Below, piece after piece: positions 47,441 to 52,859 of a DNA stretch of 52,859 bases (positions are counted from its first letter, which is position 1; each line of letters opens with the position of its first letter). The translations under genes were made by a program, and so were the position numbers. The DNA comes from Chloroflexota bacterium. Lineage in GTDB: Bacteria > Chloroflexota > Limnocylindria > Limnocylindrales > CSP1-4. The DNA lies in the NCBI GenBank assembly GCA_003156975.1, contig PMIE01000086.1, forward strand, positions 1,416 to 54,274, in the 5' to 3' direction. The notes under the pieces are model-generated. The model searched no databases. It worked only from the letters and a program-made list of their open reading frames with translations, and was not told the origin of the DNA.

Positions 47441-48250
47441 CTACGACAGGAGCAGCTTGCCCAGCCGGCGCGAGGTGATTGCCAGGCCGATCGTCCCCAT
47501 CGCCAGCAGGTAGACGACGTCGATCAGCAGCACTGGGTCGGGCGTGCCGGTGGTCAGAGCCCGGATCAGGTGCACGCCCCGATAGAGCGGCGTGCACTGG
47601 ACGAAGACCTGGAGCGCCGGCGGGTAGGCGTCGATCGGATAGAAGGTGCCGGAGAAGAGGAACATCGGCATGATCGCGAGTTGCAGATAGTCGAAGTCAC
47701 GCCACTTGCGGACGAAGGTCGTGGCGGCCAGGCCGGCTCCGGCGAACCCGTAGCCCACGATCATCGAGGCCGGGAAGGCGAGCAATCCGAGAGGCGAACT
47801 CATCAGGCCGGTGCCGGCCAGACCGAGTATCGCGATCACGGCGAGGAAGCCGATCGCATACAGGCTGCCGCGCAGGAGAGCCCACATGACCTCACCTCTG
47901 GCCACGTCTGTGAGCGACATGGGAGTGGAGATGATGGCGTCGTAGAGCTTGGCGTACTTGAGTTTGTAGAAGAAGTTGTTCGAGGTCTCGTATATGGCGC
48001 CGTTCATCGCGGCCGATGCCAGCAAGGCCGGCGCCACGAAGACGGCATACGAAACGCTGGTGCCGTTGCCGAGCGAGACGTTGCCGATCAGCGAGCCGAC
48101 TCCAAACCCCATCGAGAAGAGGTAGAAGAGCGGCTCGAAGAAGCCGGAGATGATGACCATGGAGCTATGGCGATAGACGAGCATGTTGCGTTGGACGATC
48201 AGCGCGGGCCGGCTGAGGATGCGCGGCGGGGAGATCCTGACGGCCAGCAT
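47441..48250 (-). CDS. ABC-2 type transporter permease (second of two)
   Basis: 269-aa protein with 6 TM helices. Its ATG at 48250 shares 1 nt with the upstream stop (TGATG). It is a paralog of the preceding permease (GTF(F/Y)PI...P...Q....TPLY(H/R)GV). Confidence 0.8.
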   Translation of the reverse strand: MLAVRISPPRILSRPALIVQRNMLVYRHSSMVIISGFFEPLFYLFSMGFGVGSLIGNVSLGNGTSVSYAVFVAPALLASAAMNGAIYETSNNFFYKLKYAKLYDAIISTPMSLTDVARGEVMWALLRGSLYAIGFLAVIAILGLAGTGLMSSPLGLLAFPASMIVGYGFAGAGLAATTFVRKWRDFDYLQLAIMPMFLFSGTFYPIDAYPPALQVFVQCTPLYRGVHLIRALTTGTPDPVLLIDVVYLLAMGTIGLAITSRRLGKLLLS

Positions 48251-49059
48251 CAGACCACCAACCTGCGTGTGAGCGCGATCCGGCCGGCCACGATCCCCAC
48301 AAGGAAGACAAAGGCGATGGCGGCGAGATGGACCGTCATGCCGACCGGCTCCACCTGCCCGAGCGCCAACGCCCTGGCCGCGGCGACGCCGTGGTAAAGG
48401 GGCGTGACCCAGGCGACCGGCTGCAGAAATGGCGGCAGCTTCTCGATCGGGAAGAAGGTGCCGGAGAAGAGGAAGAGCGGCGTGATGCCGAACCGGAAGA
48501 CCGCGTTGAGGCCGCCGTCCCCGTCCTGGGTCGCGGTGAAGGCCATGATCGGGGCGGCGAAGGCGAGGGCGGTCAGGACGGCGACCGGAACCGCCAGCAC
48601 GACGAGCGGCGAGGCTGCGGCGCCGAGCGCGACGATGACCGCCAGGAACAGGACCGAGAGGAGCGTGGTCCGGAAGGCGATCCACATCAGATCGCCCAGG
48701 AGCAGATCCATCGTTTCGAGCGGCGTGTTGAGGGCGGCCTCGTAGGTCTTGTCCCAGCGGATCTTGGCCATGATCGGCCAGGCCGACTCGAACGCGGCCG
48801 CCATCATGGCCTGAGTCACGAGCAGGGCCGGCGCGATGTAGTCGAGATATGGCACTCCGCCGGGAAGGCCGCCGTTGCGGTTCACGTACAGCCCCAGTCC
48901 GATGCCCATGGCGATCAGGTACAGGAACGGCTGCGAGATTCCGGCCAGAAGGTAGTTGAACCAGCCGCGGCGGAAGACCAGCAGGTTGTGCTCGAGGAAT
49001 CGCAGGGAGCGCCGTGACGCGACCGCGCCGGGCCGGCCGAGGCGCACGCCGAGGACCAT
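48250..49059 (-). CDS. ABC-2 type transporter permease (first of two)
   Basis: 269-aa protein. The ATG at 49059 lies 2 nt after the ATPase stop. The N-terminal part of ORF 48250..49437 is discounted. Confidence 0.8.
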   Translation of the reverse strand: MVLGVRLGRPGAVASRRSLRFLEHNLLVFRRGWFNYLLAGISQPFLYLIAMGIGLGLYVNRNGGLPGGVPYLDYIAPALLVTQAMMAAAFESAWPIMAKIRWDKTYEAALNTPLETMDLLLGDLMWIAFRTTLLSVLFLAVIVALGAAASPLVVLAVPVAVLTALAFAAPIMAFTATQDGDGGLNAVFRFGITPLFLFSGTFFPIEKLPPFLQPVAWVTPLYHGVAAARALALGQVEPVGMTVHLAAIAFVFLVGIVAGRIALTRRLVV

Positions 49060-49061
49060 CG

Positions 49062-50021
49062 TTATTCCACCAGGCTGCGGCCGGTCAACCGCAGGAAGAC
49101 GTCCTCCAACGAGCTGCGACGGACGAGGACGCTCGCCGGCCGAAGCCCACGCTCGTGCGCCTTCGCGGACGCGGCCTCGCCGTCCGCGGTGTAGGCCAGG
49201 ACTCGATCGGGGAGCTGCTCTACCCGCTCCGCGAGGCCCTCGAGCCGATTGCCGAGGTGCGCAGAATCGTCGGTCTCGTTGTCGGCCCTGTTGAAGCGCA
49301 GTTCCAGCACTTCCTTCGTGACGTATTTGTCGATGAGCTGACGCGGCGATCCCTCGGCCACGATCTTCGCCTGGTCCATGACCACAAGGCGATCGCACAG
49401 CTGCTCGGCTTCGTCCATGTAATGGGTCGTCAGACACAGCGTCACGCCGCGCTGCTTGAGCCGGTACAACCGATCCCAGAGCAGGTGCCGAGCCTGGGGG
49501 TCCAGGCCGGTGGTCGGCTCATCGAGGAGAAGGAGTGACGGCTCGTTGATGAGCGACCGCGCGATCACCAGGCGGCGCTTCATCCCGCCCGACAGCGGCT
49601 CAACCTTGTCGTTGGATCGCTCGGTCAGCTGGACGAATTCGAGCAGCTCCTTGGCTCGGCGGCGCGACTCGGACCAGGACAGCCCGAAGTAGCGGCCGTA
49701 GATCAGCAGGTTCTCGAGGACACTCAACTCGTTGTCGAGAGTGTCTGCCTGGGGCACGACACCCAGACGTGCCCGGATCCGCGCTCCGTCACGAGCCGGA
49801 TCCAGTCCGAAGACCGTCAACTCGCCGGAGGTGACGGGCGAAACGGTGCCGATCATCCGCATCGTCGATGTCTTGCCGGCGCCGTTTGGCCCGAGGAAGC
49901 CGAATGCCTCGCCAGGGGCGACGTCGAAGTCGATCCCATCGACGGCCGTGAACGTGCCGAAGCACTTCGTAAGTCCGCGAGCGTGGATCAACGGAGCCTG
50001 GAGTTCGGGGGTGTCTGCCAC
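49062..50021 (-). CDS. ABC transporter ATP-binding protein (DrrA/NodI-like)
   Basis: Features are Walker A GPNGAGKTS, signature LSGGMKRR and Walker B LLLLDEPT. I prefer the GTG at 50021, 14 aa before RGLTKCFG, over the ATG at 50207. The ATG would make the 21-nt repeat coding. Confidence 0.8.
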   Translation of the reverse strand: MADTPELQAPLIHARGLTKCFGTFTAVDGIDFDVAPGEAFGFLGPNGAGKTSTMRMIGTVSPVTSGELTVFGLDPARDGARIRARLGVVPQADTLDNELSVLENLLIYGRYFGLSWSESRRRAKELLEFVQLTERSNDKVEPLSGGMKRRLVIARSLINEPSLLLLDEPTTGLDPQARHLLWDRLYRLKQRGVTLCLTTHYMDEAEQLCDRLVVMDQAKIVAEGSPRQLIDKYVTKEVLELRFNRADNETDDSAHLGNRLEGLAERVEQLPDRVLAYTADGEAASAKAHERGLRPASVLVRRSSLEDVFLRLTGRSLVE

Positions 50022-50065
50022 ATTGCGATGGTACCGCCGACGACCGGTTTGGACTCCCGAGGCGA

Positions 50066-50143
50066 CCCGGCGGCGCTCGGGCCGCTCCCGGCGGCGCTCG
50101 GGCCGCTCCCGGCGGCGCTCGGGCCGCTCCCGGCGGCGCTCGG
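50066..50143. repeat. perfect 21-bp tandem repeat CCCGGCGGCGCTCGGGCCGCT, 3 full units plus 15 nt
   Basis: Units are at 50066-50086, 50087-50107 and 50108-50128, with a partial unit at 50129-50143. I counted them base by base. Each unit contains GCGGC-N6-GCCGC. Confidence 0.9.
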
Positions 50144-50232
50144 CAGGTCGCCATGGGTCATGGGACGATCTGGCGGTGGCCCACAGGCCCTCCGGCGCGC
50201 CTATCATCGTCGTATACGAGCAAAGGTGAGGC

Positions 50233-51852
50233 GTGGACGAATTCTGGGTATGTGCACACTGCCGGTCGTTGAACCGAGCGGGCACCGGCAAGTGCTACAG
50301 CTGCCGCGAAAAGTACGGCTCCAAGCCCAAGGATGACGACGCGGCCAGGGCCGCCAACGCCGCCAAGGCCGCCGCGCCTTCGACACCTCCTGCCGGCCTC
50401 ATGCCCGACTTCAGCGGCTCGGCTGCTCCGTCGCCCCATTACTCCAGGCCCGTCGCGCTCGCGCCGGTGAGCAGGCCAAATGCGGCGGCAATCGCGGCCG
50501 CCCGGGGCCCCCATTTCCCCAACCCGGTCTCGTTCGTGCGCCGCCGCGTTGCCGACTCGCTGGCAATGCGGCCGTCCGTTTCGGTGGGCTGGCTCGGCTA
50601 CGTCACAACGGCGTTGATCGTGCTGGTCCTCGCCATCGCGGCGATGATCATGCTGACGGTCATGCCGGCCGCCGCCAATCTCCTTCAGCACGGCGACACA
50701 AGCGCAGCTTGGGCCCAGCTGACCGGCAGACAGCATGAGCTCCTGCGGACTCTCTCGATAGCCTTCGTGGCATGCGGAGCCTTGACTCTGCTGTGCTTCT
50801 CGGTCTTCCTCGGCCTAACGACGCACAACGCCACCGGCCTGGGCGCCGAGCAGCCGCTGCTGACCCCTTATCAAGCAGGAATGTGCTGGACGGGCGTCCT
50901 GTGGGCCCAGGCTCGCATCGCGGTAGGGCTGCTGGTTCCCGCAGCGCTGCTGTGGCGCGGCTATGAGATCCCGGGCCTCATTGCCGCGATCGTTGCCCTC
51001 GAGATCGCCCATCACCACCTGGACGCCGGCAGCGGTTGGCTCTCACGACCCTGCCGCCATCTGCCGGACCTCTATGCCAAGCTCGGGATGGAGGGCTCGA
51101 TTTCGTCCCCCCTGGCCTGGATCTGGTCGGGTTGCTTCCGCGTCGCCAACGCGATGTTGATCGTGGTCTGCGCCATTCCGCTGCTCGCATTCGTTCTCTT
51201 CGTCGCGGCGGCGATAGCGGGTCGTGACCAGATCCTGGGCTGGCAGTCGGCCGGGCTGGGAGCCGGCCAGATTGCGGTCGCTCTGCTTGTCGCGAGCCTG
51301 GTTGGATGGACGGCGATTTCCGTCGCCCTCCTGGCGCCCATCACGTTTGGGTTCGTGCGACGCCAGCGAACCCGCAGGACGCTGGTCCGCGTCGGGCGGG
51401 CACGATCGTGGGTCGCCCGCCCCGGCGGACCGGCAGCCACGACCCCGCAGTTTGAGGCGGGTCAATTTGGCCCCTACGACGAAGATCGGATCGTAGAGCG
51501 AGTCCCCACCTTCTCCCCCGAGCCATCAGGGAATCGCAACGAGAGTGGTCCCGGTGCGGGCAATTCGACGTTCAGCAGGCCGGGTTTAGGCGCGCCGCTC
51601 ATCGGCAGGCCCAACGGCCCGCTCATCGGCGGGCCGGGTTTCGGCGGCCCGCTCATCGGCGGGCCCGACTTCGACGAGCCGCTCATCGGCGGGCCGGGTT
51701 TCGGCGCGCCGAGCGGTCCGAGAAGCCCGGGCCTTGGAGGCCCGGGCTTCGGCGGACCGAACCAGGGAGGCCCGGGTCAAGCCTCCTTGTACTCGCCTTC
51801 GACGACCTCTTCGTTCCCCTGGTCCGGAGATCCGCCGGTCGAGCCGGACTGA
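50233..51852 (+). CDS. membrane protein: N-terminal zinc-ribbon, ~6 TM helices, Gly/Pro decapeptide-repeat tail
   Basis: The GTG at 50233 follows AAGGTGAGG. The zinc ribbon is [20 protein letters not shown] (CxxC...CxxC). Hydrophobic helices span about aa 115-375. The C-terminus has [10 protein letters not shown] repeats. The last 76 nt overlap the dnaK 3' end on the opposite strand. Confidence 0.6.
   Translation: MDEFWVCAHCRSLNRAGTGKCYSCREKYGSKPKDDDAARAANAAKAAAPSTPPAGLMPDFSGSAAPSPHYSRPVALAPVSRPNAAAIAAARGPHFPNPVSFVRRRVADSLAMRPSVSVGWLGYVTTALIVLVLAIAAMIMLTVMPAAANLLQHGDTSAAWAQLTGRQHELLRTLSIAFVACGALTLLCFSVFLGLTTHNATGLGAEQPLLTPYQAGMCWTGVLWAQARIAVGLLVPAALLWRGYEIPGLIAAIVALEIAHHHLDAGSGWLSRPCRHLPDLYAKLGMEGSISSPLAWIWSGCFRVANAMLIVVCAIPLLAFVLFVAAAIAGRDQILGWQSAGLGAGQIAVALLVASLVGWTAISVALLAPITFGFVRRQRTRRTLVRVGRARSWVARPGGPAATTPQFEAGQFGPYDEDRIVERVPTFSPEPSGNRNESGPGAGNSTFSRPGLGAPLIGRPNGPLIGGPGFGGPLIGGPDFDEPLIGGPGFGAPSGPRSPGLGGPGFGGPNQGGPGQASLYSPSTTSSFPWSGDPPVEPD
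51579..51715. repeat. tandem 24/30-nt units (CCGCTCATCGGC...-containing) encoding PLIG(G/R)P... decapeptides
   Basis: CCGCTCATCGGC recurs at 51595, 51619, 51649 and 51679. Confidence 0.8.
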
Positions 51853-52859
51853 TCTTCCTCGCCATCCACGGGACCGCCGGTCGCTTCACCGTCCGCGGAG
51901 GCCGCCTGATAGGCCGCCGTGCTGACCTTCTGGAGCTGCTCGACAAGCGCGTCGGAGGTTGACTTGATCGCGGCCAGATCGCTGCCCTTGAGCGCCGTCC
52001 TGACCGCTTCGACGCGCCGCTCGGTCTCGGCCTTGTCCTCCGGCGAAACCTTGTCGCCAAGGTCGCGCAGGGTACGGTCGGCCTGGTAGGCCAGAGCGTC
52101 GGACTGGTTCCGAGTCTCGACCTCTTCCTTGCGCTTCTTGTCCTCGTCGGCGTGAGTGGCGGCCTCGTTGACCATCCGATCCACGTCCGTCTTGGAAAGC
52201 ATCGAGCTGGCCGTGATGCGGACCTGGGTCTCTCGGCTGGTGGCTCGGTCCTTGGCCTTGACATCGAGGATTCCGTTGGCGTCGATGTCGAATGTGACCT
52301 CGACCTGCGGGATGCCTCGCGGGGCGGGCGGAATGCCGTCCAGGATGAACTTGCCGAGGGTCTTGTTGTCGCCGGCGAAGTCGCGCTCGCCCTGAAGGAC
52401 GTGGACTTCGACCTGCGTCTGGTTGTCCGAGGCGGTGGAGAAGACCTGGCTCTTGCTCGTCGGGATCGTCGTATTGCGATCGATCAGCCGGGTCATCACG
52501 CCGCCCATCGTCTCGATGCCGAGAGAGAGCGGAGTGACGTCGAGGAGCAGGACGTCCTTGACCTCGCCCGCGAGCACGCCGGCCTGGATCGCGGCGCCGA
52601 TGGCCACGACTTCGTCCGGGTTCACGCCGCGATGGGGCTCCTTGCCGCCGAACATCTGCTTCACGGCCTCGATGACCGCGGGCATGCGGGTCATGCCGCC
52701 GACGAGGACGACCTCGTCGATCTCGCCCGGCTTTAGCCCGGCGTCGCGGAGGGCCTGGCTGACCGGGCCGCGGGTCTTGTCGATCAGATCCGCGACGAGG
52801 TCTTCCAGCTTGGCCCTGGTCAAGGTCATGACCAGGTGCTTCGGGTTGCCCTCATGGGC
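51777..52859 (-). CDS. dnaK: molecular chaperone DnaK (3' part; 5' end off the window)
   Basis: Motifs seen are ...[38 protein letters not shown] and the substrate-binding domain [11 protein letters not shown]. The frame stays open to position 52859. Confidence 0.95.
   Translation of the reverse strand, partial: AHEGNPKHLVMTLTRAKLEDLVADLIDKTRGPVSQALRDAGLKPGEIDEVVLVGGMTRMPAVIEAVKQMFGGKEPHRGVNPDEVVAIGAAIQAGVLAGEVKDVLLLDVTPLSLGIETMGGVMTRLIDRNTTIPTSKSQVFSTASDNQTQVEVHVLQGERDFAGDNKTLGKFILDGIPPAPRGIPQVEVTFDIDANGILDVKAKDRATSRETQVRITASSMLSKTDVDRMVNEAATHADEDKKRKEEVETRNQSDALAYQADRTLRDLGDKVSPEDKAETERRVEAVRTALKGSDLAAIKSTSDALVEQLQKVSTAAYQAASADGEATGGPVDGEEDQSGSTGGSPDQGNEEVVEGEYKEA

Noticed and set aside
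50066-50143. A possible CRISPR array, considering this and the other tandem repeats (10015-10176, 43843-43938, 46164-46226, 51579-51715).
   Set aside because: The units are directly abutting with no spacers. They are 9-30 nt long and mostly in frame inside coding regions. There are no cas genes.
50022-50291. ABC ATPase starting at ATG 50207 with an N-terminal (RERPERR)n tract.
   Set aside because: The GTG at 50021 sits at the usual distance (14 aa) before the first beta-strand RGLTKCFG. The upstream part is generated entirely by the 21-bp repeat, and a divergent gene starts at 50233. It is kept as an alternative in the finding.
1-52859. tRNA, rRNA, tmRNA, RNase P RNA, transposases, integrases, phage genes and toxin-antitoxin pairs.
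   Set aside because: I scanned every intergenic region longer than about 100 nt for T-loop-like GGTTCRANYC and found none. No ORF product shows recombinase, transposase or phage hallmark motifs. An Infernal/tRNAscan run would be the decisive check.

Overview
This is a GC-rich (about two-thirds G+C by eye, not computed) bacterial chromosomal segment of 52.9 kb. I count about 47 protein genes, most on the minus strand. I found no rRNA, tRNA, CRISPR array, transposase or integrase by eye. Most of the window is housekeeping:
- threonine genes: hom-thrC, plus a separate thrH
- trpS and an AI-2E transporter
- a GDP-mannose pair: phosphomannomutase and manC
- a methyl-cycle operon: apt-GNAT-ahcY-[DUF4240 insert]-metK
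- an OafA-like acyltransferase
- pth-mfd
- rpsU-yqeY-(7TM-HD)-ybeY
- an ECF sigma / anti-sigma pair
- an acyl-CoA ligase, a HIT protein, dnaJ-prmA, an ABC-2 exporter and the 3' part of dnaK

The gene order (dnaJ-prmA; rpsU-yqeY-HD-ybeY) and the many lipoproteins with PT/PA/ST linkers suggest a high-GC monoderm-type lineage. That is an inference.

The best candidate for an undescribed system is the left 8.4 kb, where two uncharacterised operons diverge from one 211-nt intergenic region.
- On the minus strand is a four-gene envelope module (13..5745). It encodes a Yip1-like protein, a 4-TM protein, a 1025-aa signal-peptide/one-TM protein with a roughly 690-aa cytoplasmic tail, and a signal-less SH3b protein.
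- On the plus strand are two tandem, very acidic paralogs (5957..8422). Each contains an internal duplication of a roughly 125-aa module, and the second is translationally coupled to thrH.

Other points worth a second look:
- a 485-bp lower-GC DUF4240 cassette bracketed by 23-nt direct repeats that copy the 3' end of ahcY
- a 426-nt metK leader with mutually exclusive long helices
- a perfect 21-bp x3.7 tandem repeat in a divergent promoter region
- several in-frame minisatellites
- an anti-sigma factor carrying a BNR-type propeller

All functional calls rest on motif and family recognition by eye. No searches were run.
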